Origin: Rhizophagus irregularis
Lineage: Eukaryota
Assembly: GCF_026210795.1 (NCBI RefSeq)
Contig: NC_089434.1
Coordinates: 5,208,001-5,272,000, forward strand
Direction of reading: 5' to 3'
DNA length: 64,000 bases
Below the pieces are notes generated by a model, which had not been told where the DNA came from, searched no databases, and worked only from the letters and a program-made list of their open reading frames with translations. This document shows, piece after piece, positions 37,171-52,340 of the stretch. Within the stretch, counting starts at the first letter, position 1; every line of letters begins with the position of its first letter. A program made the translations under genes and the position numbers.

Positions 37171-40100
37171 TTAAATTAAACACATGCTAATCCAAGTTTT
37201 ATATTTTACATAACTCAAATAAGAATAAATTAGAATATTCTTATTTCATCTTATAACACGTTCCAATATGTTATTGGAATGATTATTGTAGGGATCATTT
37301 ATTCATTTATTCAAATAACGAAATAACGTCAACCTTTAAAAAATTTGATTTTTATTAAGAAGAGAGATAAAAAATTTATAATATGTATAATTCATGAATA
37401 AAAAGTTTTGAAACTTATGTATAGAACGAAAATATTGTTTGAAAAATACGTATCATGAACTACATCACAAAACTTTATTTAAATTTTGTATTTTATGCTT
37501 GATAAGATATGCTGCCTATTTTAATAATTATAACCAATGTTGGAGATTAGCGCTATAAACGGGCATGAAATTTCTAAATTACTGAATTACTGAATTATTT
37601 ATCAAACTCATTCGATCTCCCTTTGTGCCTTGATTCTTCGTCACGGAATTCCTTTCATTAGCAGGGCCACGTACCATATAACGTAATGTGGCTTTTACTT
37701 GTGGCGATACTTTCTTCTTTTTTGATTGTTTTCACAGGTCCTTCTTGAGGTAGATCTCTATCCTAATTGTCTTCACGTTCTGCTTTTCCAAGCGATGTGT
37801 GAAGCCGGAGATTGAAAATTTAATTTAGGTAAAAGAATCGTGAAAATCGTGAAAGGAAGAAAGTTGTTTAATAAGGAGATACTTGAAAAGTTCTATTTAT
37901 AATTTTTTTTAAAAAAAATATACCTTAAACCACCCCTCTATTTTTAGGAACAGAATCAAAAAAAAAAATTTTCAACAGATTCGGGAATCATGTAACAATA
38001 TCGACTATGAAAGTAATATCGCCCATCCAATATAAATGTAAATCTGTAGAGGACCACCGACCACGCGAGCTTTGATATACTAAGGAAAATAAAGAATAAT
38101 AATATTATTTTTTTTCTCTTTATAATAACATCATGAATCTCGAAATTAAACAATGCTTACCTAATAAATTTGGCTACATCTCATCACAGTTTATGTTAGT
38201 AATATGCACTTCTTGATATCTTGATTGATGAAATGCATCAATTCTCTATCATTCATACATACGCTCACGTAAATTTGTTGTCCAATTTCTTTTAATGATC
38301 TAGAGAAATACTGACGTTATAGAAGAGGAATGAATTTCATGCTAAACTTTTGCCAACAAGAGACATTGCTTTAATTATCATCATTCATACCATGAGATTT
38401 GTAATTCGTTGGATTACTTGGATAATTTTTGATTTGCTAATAAAAGTTGTTTCAATGGAAGTAATAGAGCTGGAATGAACTTAAAAATAAGGTTGATAGA
38501 ATGTGAAACGATTTCATCGCCTTAGCATCTATGAGTAGTAAGATTTCTGAAGTTAAGTATTACATCCGAACCTTATTATATGCTAATTCATAAACGAATT
38601 TCTTTATATATACCTTGATCCTCGATAATTAGTTGTCCTTGGAAATTAATACATATACCACGAAATATCATTTTTAGAACCGTTTGATCTTGGATATTCC
38701 TGAAGGCTGTATTGCTTTCAGTTTAGTTGGTTTACGTGCAACTTTTGATCTTGATGATTCCATTTTTCATGGTATAATACAATTAATTTTTCTTGGAAAG
38801 TATCGAAAGTATCCCAAACCGGAGATTGATAACTTCTACTCTTTAAACTATATCTTTCATCTTTGACAAACGCCTTTTTTTTGATGATAAATCTGTTATA
38901 TTAGATGACTCTTGTTGGAAAATTTTATATCACTACCAATTATAAGATCTATAATAAATAAATTTTAATTAATTTCACGCATTATTTAATACTATTGTGA
39001 CTTTGTGACTTTAAAACACTCGCCTTCATAATTTTTTAAACGCGTGAATTGCTCTTATGTTGTCCTGCCTAAAACAGTTTGTTCATAGCCGGCAAATTAT
39101 CTTGACTAGTAAATTACAATCATATAATTAGAAGTTGTAGTATTGGGAGCTTGTGAATGTAGATTTTTTGGGTAAAACTATAGCGAAGTATATGTAAAAA
39201 AAAACCAATTAACTAATTTTTTTTTAAAAAAAAATCCCCATTATTACCGAAATTCAACGAACTCTACCTTCCCCCCTTCCATCATTACACCAAAAATGCG
39301 CCTGGTGCACGTGGTAATTTGATATATCCCTAAACACAAAAAAAAAAAAAATTCGTTATCAAGTTATCTAATCACAACTTAAAAATAAACCTGTAATTTA
39401 ACCAGTATAACAACATCTAAAAAAAAAACCTGTATACATGGGTATTTGAAGGAGAACAACGAAAAAATTATAATATGTTACGAAACCTAAAAATTTTTTT
39501 TTTTAATTTAATACGTTTTTAGATAATTCATTTTATTCCCAGAATAATTATTTCCCGTATTTTACCGTTTTCCTGAATTTTAATTAATTTTATACAGTAA
39601 TTTACCGTTTTTACCGAATTTTAGTTTTTACCGAATTTTAATTTATACACTAATTAAATTAATTAATAAAAAAAAAGAGAAAAGAAAAAAAAAGAAAAAA
39701 AATACATTTTTGTAACGAAGTACTAATGAGAATATATTTTTATTTACAATAAAACTGCAACATTTCATGAATTTTCGCGGAGTCTACTTCCGATAAGAAA
39801 TTTTTTTTTCTCAAGTAAAAACCTGTTTATCAGTTTATATCAGGAATATAAATGTATAAAGTATGCAACTAAGCCCATTCGTCAGATTTGGATCTAAACT
39901 TCATATGTATTGATATAAAACTTAAATTTGTTTGTTATAGAACAAAGCCAATAATTGCATCATATTATCATATATAAATATATAAATATACAGTAATTTT
40001 TAATTACTACTTTTTGTTTACTTGACGCTCATTCGTAAAAGTTATTTATTTTCTTTGTAATATATATATATATATGTATATATACTGTATTATATATATA

Positions 40101-43100
40101 TATACACAATTAAATTTACTTTTTTACTTTGCTGAAACAAATAGTAATAGAGTTATGTTCATAATTTCTTTGTCTCTAAAAATAATTATTCAATGACTGG
40201 ATCGATTCTCTTGTACGAATTAACTTGTGAAAGTTTAAATTACGCACATCAGGTAACTATTTTTATTTATAAGAAATGTACACAAATTTGAAGAATTACA
40301 TATCCGATTACTAATGTTTTCGTTACGATAAAGGTTGATCCGAATCTTAAAAGAAAAGTATAATATCAATTTTATGAAGAGATACAGAAAAAACTATACC
40401 AAGAAGGAAACTTCAAGTGATAATAACCCACTTGCAAATGACTCGAATGACTCAAACCTCAAAGAGCAATGAGGGAATTGATGATAACAAACATGATTTG
40501 AACCTGAAAAACTTGAAACTGCGAGTGAAGAAGAAGAAGAAAGCGATGATAACCCACTTGCGAATGGTTCGAACTCTAAGGAAAACTGAAACGGCAAGTC
40601 AGGAGAAATGACACGAAATTGGATCAGATGATTGAAAGGTCAAATTTTATGTCGTAAATTAATGGGAATTATTTTCAATTAGGATCAACTTTAATATTTA
40701 AAATTTTAGATCATCTTAATCTCTTGTTAGAACACGAATTATATTATGACAAATACTGTAAATATCGTATAATAATAATAATTTTTTTTCTTTTGAATTT
40801 TATCATTATTTAAAATTTTTTCAACATATGCATATGATGTTTCAAAGCATGTTTATTTTGAATGGATTTATTAGTGCCCTTTGTTATGAGTTTATTTTTT
40901 TAAGAAAAATCAAAAGGATCGTTGATCGACATACAGTATTTTTGATTTGATACACAGAACGCCCCCATGCTAAAGAAACAATAAATATTGGGTGAGAAAA
41001 AAAAAATCCCCTGCAACTTGTAGATCAGGTATCAAATCGGAAGTTTGATATAGTTGGATTTAGAAAATAATTATAAGCCCGATTTGTAAACGTACTACGT
41101 CAAATTTTAAACGAAAAATATTTTTGTAAACTGTATTTCATGACTTTTTACGTTAATTATTTTCGTACATCCAAACAACATTTATACATGTAACGCGTTT
41201 TCCTTTCTTCAAATCTCTCTGATTTGAAAGATATTTCCTTATTTATCCGTATGTGCCCTGTTTCAACTTAGTTTACCCCCTTTACTCTTCTTCGCGGAAT
41301 TTGGAAGACTTGTTCTAATGTTCTATGCAAATATTTATATATAAATTGGAAAAGTTGGCTTCGAGTAAATTTACATGCGTAAGATTATATTTTATGAATA
41401 AGAGCTAATGTCTCTTTAATACGACTTTATTCTCTCTAAAAAAAAAAAAACCAAAAAAAAAGCAGAAAAAGTAAAGAAAAAAAGAAAAAAAAAAAATTTG
41501 ACGGTACGCTAAGTAAATATATTAAAATTTCATTAAGCTTACAACTCATGGGCAAAACATCAACTAAATAATCTTTTATTTTTTATTTTGTAGTTTCTTC
41601 GTATCTTCATTTCTTCGCGTTGAAATCATTCGTAAATACCTCCCAGCTTTTATAACGGACTCAATTGTCATTTTTAAATTATTCAATTCATTATGTTATC
41701 TATGCTTTTTTCGTATATCTTTTTTTTTTAATTATTATAATTCCATTGATTTCCATTTTATCCCTCGATACAACTCCGAACGTATTAACTCCGAATATTA
41801 TTGACACAGAATTACTATTTTTTCGTTAATATCATAGCCGGCTTAAATTTAAAAAATTTTTATATATTTTTTATATATTTTTTTTCTATTTTTTTATATT
41901 TTTTTCTCCTTTATATATATATACACATTTTCTTTTTTTTTTTAATAACTTACAAATAAATATAAAAATGAATTGAAATCAAGCAATACATCCTCTAGTT
42001 TTCACATGAAATTTTTATAAAAAACTACTAAATATACTAATCACGATTGCCGTAAGTAACGATTATTATATATCGAATTACAACCTTTAGAGGTTGTAAT
42101 ATTATAAACGTAAGCTGTAAATTGTGGGTAGCTAAAAGATGGTAATTCTGATTTACAACCGTTATACTGTATTTACTTGACTTTTGGACTTACAACTATT
42201 TACGGAGACCAACATTAATCACGAAGTAATTTTAGAGAATTTTTCATAACGTTTTGCGTTAAAGGAATTCACAAGTATATCAACTTCGCCTGATTAATTT
42301 ACTCTTATGATAATAAAGTTTCAATCAATAATTTGTGAAAGAATAAGTGTCCCAATTATCCTTAATTCATCTGGTGTATTCCATTCGCCAATTTCATTCG
42401 CCAATTTCATCATTCGTCAATTTCATTATTCGTCAATATAAAATGCATTCACGTCATAGATACGGAGATACGCAGGGATCTTCAAGTCAAAAACACGTTT
42501 TATCATGACGTGCATGCACTTGATTTTTTGCCAGCTCAGCATATTGACATATCGGCATTATCGGCATATCAAAATTATCAAAACATGATAATGTTGCGTT
42601 ACGTTGCGTTACGTTACATATGTAACGTTTATTCATTGATTTTATGTATCGCTGCATATGTTTGTCATTTCGATCTATATAATATAAGTTAGTACATTTT
42701 TAAATGAATAATTTTTAATTTTTAATAATTTAAATAACTATTTTTATTTGTTAAAACTTTTTCGGTTAAATAAATTCCGTCAAAAAAAAAAAAAAAATAT
42801 GCACACTCCTGTTCCTTTTTTTTTTATTTTTTATTTTACTTGATTTTAAAGATATGTTACAAAATTGACAAAAAAGTTATCTCATATCCAAATTTGTAGA
42901 TCATTCTTCAAATATATTAATAAACCTGAGAATTTTTAAGGCTTATTGCGCAAATAAATTGATGTCGCACAACAAGGTCACATACAAGTTCGAATGTGAA
43001 CGAATTTTTTGATCTACGAGATATTACTCTTGAAAAATATCGATTATTTCTTGTTATATGATGTGGCAAAATTCCCGGTATCGGAATGTTTATAAAAAAC

Positions 43101-44969
43101 AATTACCGCTTCTTTTTTGTAGAAAATTCATAACATAAAAAATTTATAAAATTTATTGATTTTTTTCATATGATTTTACTTTTGAAATTAATAAAATTTA
43201 TCAAAATACTTGATAACGGATAATGACACAAAAAAAAAAAAAATTTGGGTTTGTTTTTATCCCCATCCTTTTATTTCTTTTACAGAATTTCATTAAACTG
43301 AAAAGGTTCCATTCAAATCATGCTTTCGAAGATCCTAACTTTTTATCGGTCGGATTTTACGTTTTAATATGTACCCATAAATAAATAAAAAGGGTCATTT
43401 ATTCCCGATTTGTATTCATAGCCAGAATTTTTATCAATCTATTTCCCATAAATGTAGAACAAGATGAGAAAATCATATTTTAAAAATTTGTAATTTATAA
43501 AAAAAAAATATTTTTCATTTATTTCTTTTTTTGTCATCAAAAAAAAAAATAAATAAATAAATATCAATCAAGTTGTAAGAATATTCACATTGGAACTTCT
43601 GATAAATAATAATAATGTTATATTGCTTCTTCAAAATAATTTATTTTATAAACAAATTGAAGTTTTTTTCTTTTAAATAATTAAAAATATTTCAACATTT
43701 AACTTACTTTGATACTATATATAATTACCAAACTTGGAAACAATTACATTGTTTATTTATTACAAGTCATTTCTACTGTCATACTTGGATCGGGTATCAC
43801 CCAATTATTTCCCTATCCGTGAAAATGGGCTTATTTGTGTGAAAATTTCATAAGATGATCATTGATTAAGTTTCATTGATGTATTGATGTAACAAATATT
43901 ATGAAAGTAAAGTCATCCGATGAATCGATTAATCTATTAAATCTTTATTATTATGTTTCCATTACAAACCAAACCATATATGGTAATCTATTATGATATA
44001 TCGATAAGACGATCACTTAAGGGTTTGGAATTTTCTTTTTTAATAATTTTTTAATAAACAAGTAACTGTTTTTTATAATAATTCATTCGATTAAGAATAC
44101 TATTATTCTTCTATAACAATCACTAGAATAATTATCATTGGATCATCCTCAAATTTTTATGTATTCTTTTATTGAAAATTTTCCATCATTTTACCATCCT
44201 TTCATGTGTTCATATGAAAAAACATATTCCAAATTGGAAAAATGCAAGCCGCCAAAGCCCCCTAAAAAAGCCTTAATAAAATAAATTGTTGTTTTGATCA
44301 CAAGGAATTATTTAACTAATTCAATTAATCAAACAGGATGTTAATTATAATCGTCTTTTCATCGGCTTTGCCGTTGCTTGCCGTTGACGGTTGACCGGTT
44401 TTTTACAAGGAAAAAAAAGAAAAAAACAACAAAGCCTCCAAAAGCCTCTAAAGATCGAACTGGATCATATGTAAGTTGACACAATTGGTTTTATCGTTAA
44501 CTGGTTTTTATAAAAAAAAAAAAAATTCGAAAATTTTTTATATAAATATGTTGTCCGTTCAGCGATTGATTTTTTATGTCTTTATTCCTTTTTTTCTTTA
44601 TTAATCTTTTCCTATATTAATCTTTTCCTATATTATTCATTTCTTCTTTTTTCCTACTTTTGGTACTATAAATTACTGAATTCATATACATTCCTTTATA
44701 ATAAAACATAATTATTATAAAATTCCTTATCACTTTTTCTCGAAATTAATACATCTACTTCCTACCAAATCAATATTTAAATATTATTATTAATTATTAT
44801 TTATTATTAATTATTATCAATTATCATTATTTATTTATTTTTTATACACCATTCTAACTGAATTTTGTATATTATAATATCGATTTTTCATTCCTTTATC
44901 GAAAGAAGAAAATAATTAACAGATTTAAATTAATGGAAAGGGTTTAAAAACTCCCTACGCCCTACATCA

Positions 44970-46425
44970 GCGAATTATCGACATCTGGATTTACTTTTAC
45001 TTATCGACGAGCTGTGCTAGATATATATTTTTGCAGATTTTTTTATTATTAAATTTTGACGAGCTGTGCTAGATATAATTTGCAGATTTTTTATTTTTTT
45101 TTATAACAACACTCAATTATCGACAAAATTGCAGATTTTTTTATTAGATTTTTTTTTATATTAACATTCACTTATCAACGAACTATATATTTATAGATTT
45201 ATTTATAATATTTATTTTTTTTATAATACCTAATTATCGACGAACTCTGCTAGATATATATTTATAGATTTATTTATAATACTTACTTTTTTTATAATAC
45301 CTAATTATCGACGAACTCTGCTAGATATATTTTATGCAGATTTTTTATTGGATTTTTTTTTTATTACACCCAATTATCGACGAGCTGTGCGAGATATATT
45401 TTTTGCAGATTTTTATTTATAACACTCACTTATCGACGAGCTGTGCTAATAATATATAGTTTTAGATTTATTTATAATACTTACTTTTTTATAATACTTA
45501 ATTATTTTAATTATCGACGAAATTTGCTAGATATATTTTGCAGAATTTTTTTTTTAATATTCACTTATCGACGAACTGTGCTAGATATATATTTTTAGAT
45601 TTATTTATAATACTTAATACTTAATTATCGACGAACTTCGCTAGATATATTTTTGCAGAACTTTTTTTTAATATTCACTTATCGACCGAAATCGACGAAC
45701 TGTGCTAGATATATATTTTTAGATTTTTATTTATAATACTTACTTTTTTTATAATACTTAATTATCGACGAACTGCTAGATATATTTTTGCAGATTTTTT
45801 TTTAATATTCACTTATCAACCGAAATCGACGAATTGTAGATATATTTTTGTAGATTTTTTTTATTATTAGATTTTTTTATTATTAGAATTTTTTTTTATA
45901 ATATTCACTTGTCGACCGAAATCGACGAATGCGCTAGATATTTTTGCAGAATTTTTTTTTTATTATTCATTTATCGACCGAAATCGACGAATTGCGCTAG
46001 ATATATTTTTGCAGAATTTTTTTTATTATTCACTCATCGACCGAAATCGACGAATTGTACTAGATATTTATTTTTAGATTTTTATTTATAATACTTACTT
46101 TTTTTATAATACTTAATTATCGACGAACTGCTAGATATAATTTTGCAGATTTTTTTTTAATATTCACTTATCGACCGAAATCGACGAATTGTGCTAGATA
46201 TATTTTTGTAGATTTTTTTTATTATTAGATTTTTTTATTATTATAATATTCACTTATCGACCGAAATCGACGAATTGCGCTAGATATTTTTGCAGAATTT
46301 TTTTTTTATTATTCATTTATCGACCGAAATCGACGAATTGCGCTAGATATATTTTTGCAGAATTTTTTTTATTATTCACTCATCGACCGAAATCGACGAA
46401 TTGTGCTAGATATATTTTTGCAGAC
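44970..46425. repeat. Complex minisatellite, core ATCGACGAA(C/T)TGTGCTAGATATATTTTTGCAGA with T-rich linkers
   Basis: Roughly 20 imperfect copies with higher-order structure; the same core recurs between the downstream units up to ~49000. Confidence 0.9.
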
Positions 46426-48710
46426 CCAGAAAAAGATCCTTATCACAGCAAATCGGTATTAGGAACAATTAATTATCAAAAGAACATTTACTTAATATAT
46501 TAAATAACGCAATTTTTAATTACCACGAGAAGGATTCGGAGGTCTGTGGAATGGAAATGACAATTGTGAAGGTCAACGTTTAGGAGGAATAAATAACGAA
46601 GGCCCTGTTGAAGTAGTTGATCGATTCGAAGGAAGGCCTTGTGATGAACCAATCCGATCCTGATCTGACATAATTGCTACATTGTTTAAGTGCTTCAGTG
46701 GTTAAAAGTTACAACTTTCACAGTAGCGTTAATGATCAGTGGTTGAGTGGAGAAGAATCTATTGTTTTATACATACGTGTGTGGCCCAGTTTTTGGTCTT
46801 TCTTCAAAACAAGTTCACGTGATCATATAGTTAGTAATTGAATCAGCAAATCATCCGGACGACATAATTGGGTTAATATATCATGTGCATTTTTTTATTT
46901 ACAAGTGAATTTTTTTTTAATATTTCACTTATCGGCCGAATCGATGAACTGTGCCAGATATATTTCTGCAGATCCAGAAAGATCCTTATCACAGCAAATC
47001 GGTATTAGGGGCAATTAATTATCAAAAAACATTTACTTAATATGTTAAATAACGCAATTTTAATTATCACGAGAAGGATTTGGAGGTCTATGGAATGGTT
47101 ATGACAATTGTGAAGGTCAACGTTTGGGAGGAATAAATAACGAAAACCCTGTTGAAGTAGTTGATCGATTCGAAGGAAGGCCTCGTGATGAACCAATCCG
47201 ATTCTGATCTGACATAATTGCTACATTGTTTAAGTGCTTCAGTGGTTAAAAGTTACAACTTTCACAGTAGCGTTAATGATCAGTGCACAATCCCAAGTTG
47301 GGCGGAGAAGAATCTACTATTTTATATATGTGTGTAACTGGAATGTGAACAGTTTTTGGTCTTTCTTCAAAACAGATTCACGGAATCATATAGTTAGTAA
47401 TTGAATCAGCAAATCAAATGAGTTATCCGGGTTGAGTTCATGCGGTATATAATGTGCATTTTTTTTATTTACAAATGAAGGGAATTGTGAATTTTTTTTT
47501 TAATACTTATCGGGCGGATCGACGAATTGTGCCAGATATTTTTGCAGAAAATTTTTTTATATTCACTTATCAGCCAGATCGACGAACTGTGCCAGATAGA
47601 TTTTTGCAGATCCAGAAAAGATCCTTATCACAGCAAATTGGTATTAGGAACAATTAATTATCAAAAGAACATTTACTTAATATATTAAATAACGCAATTT
47701 TTAATTACCACGAGAAGGATTCGGAGGTCTGTGGAATGGTTATGACAATTGTGAAGGTCAACGTTTAGGAGGAATAAATAACGAAGACCCTGTTGAAGTA
47801 GTTGATCGATTCGAAAGAAGGCCTTATGATAAACCAATCCGATTCTGATCTGACATAAAATTAAATCCTGTTGCGTTAACAAGAGAGGTTAGTCCTAGCG
47901 AAGGTGGTGACTTGTTCAAGTACTTCAGTTACAGACAAGTCTTTGTTCGTGAAACCGAACTGAATGATCAGTGCACGATCCAAAGTTGAATGGAGAATCT
48001 ACTATTTTATATATACGGTGTTAGCTAGAGTGTGAAATAGAAATTTTTGGTCTTTCTTCAAAACAAATTCACGTGATCATATAGTTAGTAATTGAATCAG
48101 CAAATCAAATGAGTTATCCGGGTTGAGTTCATGCGGTATATAATGTGCATTTTTTATTTACAAATGAAGGGAATTAGGTGAATTTTTTTTTAATATTTCA
48201 CTTATCGGCCGAATCGACGAATTGTGCTATATATATTTTTGCAGATCCAGAAAAGATCCTTATCACAGCAAATCGGTATTAGGAACAATTAATTATTAAA
48301 AAGAACATTTATTTAATATATTGAATAACGCAATTTTAATTATCACGAGAAGGATTCGGAGGTCTGTGGAATGGTTATGACAATTATGAAGTCAACGTTT
48401 AGGAGGAATATATAACGAAGACCCTGTTGAAGTAGTTGATCGATTCGAAGGAAAGCCTTGTGATAAACCAATCCTATTCTAATCTGACATATTTGCTACA
48501 TTGTTCAAGTGCTTCAGTGGTTAAAAGTTACAACTTTCACAGTAGCGTTAATGATCAGTGGTTGGGTGGAGAAGAATCTATTATTTTATACATACGTGTG
48601 TAGCTCAGTTTTTGGTCTTTCTTCAGTAATTGAATCAGCAAATCATCCGGGTTGATATCATGTGCATTTTTTTATTTACAAATGAAGGGAATTAAGTGAA
48701 TTTAATATTT
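46425..48710 (-). repeat. Four tandem ~550-650-bp units, each with promoter-like motifs and a short degenerate coding-like core
   Basis: Units near 46425, 46970, 47610 and 48245 share ...GTTGAAGTAGTTGATCGATTCGAA... On the minus strand each has TATAAAA upstream; CACGTG is present at 46817 and 48070. Confidence 0.85.
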
Positions 48711-51239
48711 CACTTATCGGCAGAATCGACGAATTGGGCTAGATATATTTTTGCAGAAATTTTTTTTGAATAATCACTTACGACCGAAATCGAACTGGGC
48801 TAGATATATATTGGCAGATTTTATTTATAATACTCACTTCCGTAAATGTAATTAATGTAAGTATGTAATATATTATTCATTTTTTAAATTAATTTGAATA
48901 ACTATTCGTATATAATATTATTAATTAATAATGATATATGTATAATATTCACTTATCGACCGAATCGACGAACTGTGCTAGATATATTTTGCAGATTTTA
49001 TTTATAATACTCACTTCCGTAAATGGAATTAATGTAAGTATGTAATATATTATTCATTTTGATAAATTAATTTGAACAACTATTCGTATATAATATTATT
49101 AATTAAACATTATATAAATGATGTATAGTATTTCTATTAAAGCACCAGATATCTCTCAGGTCAATGTTCCATATCCAACCTCTCACTAAAAAATTTTTGA
49201 GGCTAGATTTATTGAAATACAACTCAAGTAATGAAGAAGGATGGTTTTGGTTATTAGAAAAGGAGGAAGCGGTACACCTTATACTTGTTCGTAATAAATT
49301 GTGCAGAGTCCGAAGTCTGTCCGACCGGCACGTGACGATGTAAAACAACAAAGCATTTCGGACTTAATAACGACTTAGTATTATATAATTTTGTTCCTGT
49401 TCTTCTTTCGGTAGTGGAGGGGGATCAGGCTGGTACCTATGTTTTTAAAGAAGTTCGGGTCCGTCCTGGTGATGGATGATAGCTAGAAGTAGGATAACTC
49501 ACGTTTGGTATATGTCCTGTTTAATAGTCTGTCCGGCTTCACATAAAATAAAATAAAATAAATTAGTATTATATAATTTAATTTTCTGTAATTACTAAAA
49601 TTATAAAATTAATCAATACTCTATATAGACATATACTACATATAATTTACATACAGTTAATCAATCAAATAAATTGATTTTGGAATTTTATCTTTAGTAT
49701 CAATTATTTTGGCAGTTGAATTTAAATTATTATTTAATCAAAATGTCTACAAAAAAATTAATGTACAGTCAGACCTCTACGGTTTTGCAAGATCAGTAAT
49801 TATATAGAAGTGTAACTATATAAAGATGTAAATTATTAATTTCGCTCAACTTTAATATAATAGAAAATTTTCATCTCACGCCCAAGTAGTTTATTTTATA
49901 ATGTAAATGCCGGTCGAGTAAAAAAAAAATTTACGTAACACATTTCTCTTTGATCGATCTGTAAAATCTGTAAAATATCAGAATCCGACTTAAAGGTTTT
50001 AAAAGCTTTACGTAATAGCGTAATCAGTAGTGCGATATTACGATATTACGATGACAAAATGATAAATTTCAAAATTTTTCATGACGTTTAAAAAAAAAGA
50101 ATATAATTCTGAAACGCCTATATGCAAAGATTTCAGAAGTTAAAAAATTTGTCCTATGGTGCCGGAAGTCTATATCCCTGACAATAAAATTGTAGTACTT
50201 TAAAAGTTTCAAAATTTCAAAATTTTATTTAGAAAAAATAAACCGGTAACTTTATTCTTTATGACGGATACTCCAATTTGTTAATTGTTAAATTTGTGAA
50301 TTTCAATTTTGGGCCAATAATATTTTTTTATTTATTTTATTTTATTTTATTTCAAGAAGAGGAGTGAACGTTATCTATTACAGTAAAGGCATGCGCTAAC
50401 AAAAGCTACATAGGCGATTCAAGTAATTGGAACTACGTATCTCATCCCGCAAGCAGGACCCACCCTTCGAACTAAACTATACTAAAGTAAAACCACGCTA
50501 CAGCTAGTGCTACGAAATTCAAAAAAATGAAAATCGTCCGACTTTAACTAAATCATATCACGTGAACGCAATTTTATTGGCTAAAACTTTCATAATTTAA
50601 GGTGAAATTATGAGTGATTATGAGAAATCTTTAGATTTTCGCATAAATTTTATTCAAACAGCCAGTAATTGTTTATTAAAAATCCCATGTAAAACAAAAA
50701 GGCAACTATAGATTAGCAAGTTATAGATATTACATATCAAAAAACTAAGCAAGTATTAGATTGATTCAAGTTTTTTTTTGTTTATTATATGCTTTATATA
50801 TGTTGCTTTACTGGCTAATTTGCTTTAACTATTTAACTCTTGAAGATATCAAATACAAGTGTATAGAACTTGTTTAATTATATTAAAAATTATTAATAAA
50901 ATATGGTTAAACTTTATTTTAATCACAATCACCCAATTGATTCATTTCATTTTTTATCTTTTTAACTAATTTCAAATTTAACAAAAATGTTGTATAATAA
51001 ACTATTTGAAAAAGGTTATAGTGCTGCAATAATGCATTATTATTATAGAACTTTAACTTGAAATAATAATGATTTACAGCTAATTTTAGCTAATCATGCA
51101 ATAAATCCTAATTGTAATCAAAATCATCCAATTCTTTTATTTCATTTTTTATTTTTTTAGTCAATTTTAAATTTAATAAAATTATTATATGATAAGCTAT
51201 TTAAAAAAGGTTATAGTATTACAATAGCAGATGGTATAT

Positions 51240-51640
51240 GGTGCGGCGCATCTATACTCATCAACAGTCCAAAAATTTATTTTAGGCCGATCTTTACCAA
51301 ATTAAGTAATAATTTAGCCTTATTTGGTAACATCCCCATTGATCATTGCGTGATTTATTAAATTAGATTTACCTGATTGGCTCAAATCGTAATCACGTGG
51401 AAAATTGATTCCGAAATTTCACTATTTTACATAGACTTATATAAAAAAATACTCCAACTTAAAAAGCTAATAACTTTTAATCTATAAAAGTTAGAGGAAA
51501 TTAAATCCGATAGAATGAAAGAGAATCCTTTAATCTATAATTGTATCAGTTTACTTTTTCAGTTTAACATAAAATTTTAATGAGTTATTGAAGTTTAAAA
51601 ATACCCAATTTTCATTTGATGAGTATAGATGCGCCGCACC
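51240..51640. mobile_element. MITE with perfect 25-bp TIR and ATAT flanks (Sola-like 4-bp TSD)
   Basis: ATAT|GGTGCGGCGCATCTATACTCATCAA ... TTGATGAGTATAGATGCGCCGCACC|ATAT; interrupts the second copy of a ~190-bp tandem duplication (50930-51730). Confidence 0.85.
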
Positions 51641-51732
51641 ATATCATTATTATAAATTTTAACTTGAACTAATAACAAATTATAATGATTTACAGCTAAT
51701 TTTAGCTGATTGTACAATAAATTCTAATTATA

Positions 51733-51901
51733 CATGCTACCCAAATTATTTTGGGATGCCATAATTATAATTTGGAATGCCATAATTCATTCAGTTTATA
51801 TATAATTTACTATGTAAAGTGCCAAAATAATTTGGGATGTCATAATTGAATTTGGAATTTTACTAATAATTATAGCAGTCCAAAATAATTTGGGTGGCAT
51901 G
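51733..51901. mobile_element. Tc1/mariner MITE
   Basis: TA|CATGCTACCCAAATTATTTTGG ... CCAAAATAATTTGGGTGGCATG|TA. Confidence 0.88.
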
Positions 51902-51924
51902 TATAATTCTGATTGTTATGTAGT

Positions 51925-52340
51925 TAGGGATAGGGTCGGTTCGATTACGTAATTTTGAGCGGTTTTTGGAACCGATCAAAATCTCATGGGTTTCGAACTT
52001 ATATGAGCCAAAAATCTTATTGGGAATAGAGAAACACTAATATTTTTACAATAAATAAAAAAAAAGAAAATTTATAAGTCAAAACAATTTTTTAATAGCT
52101 TTTAAAAATTGAACTGAACCGGTTCCGAACCGGTTCTAAAAACCGGTTCAAAATATGATCAACATCAAAATTATGATGATCATGAACCAACTATTGATTG
52201 TTAACCAATCAAAATTTTTTTAATTCATAATCAATATATGTTCGACTTGTGTCTTTAATTTGACACATGTAGCTCATATTTTTCTTAATGGGAACCGACG
52301 GCGAACCGAAATAGAACTGAACGAACCGTCCCCATCCCTA
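51925..52340. mobile_element. hAT-family MITE
   Basis: TAGGGATAGGGTCGGTTCG ... CGAACCGTCCCCATCCCTA; 8-bp TSD TATGTAGT; internal GAACCG repeats. Confidence 0.92.

Noticed and set aside
37600..39100. Possible degenerate gene on the minus strand
   Set aside because: Coding-like composition and splice-like sites, but no recognisable motif or continuous frame.
42880..44300. Possible kinase relic (GGFGG near 44255)
   Set aside because: No other kinase subdomain could be recovered.
44970..46425. CRISPR-like repeat/spacer appearance
   Set aside because: Linkers are T-rich and related to each other, repeats are variable, no cas genes, eukaryotic context.
49105..49540. GC-richer patch, possibly a non-LTR 3' end
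   Set aside because: No diagnostic motif.
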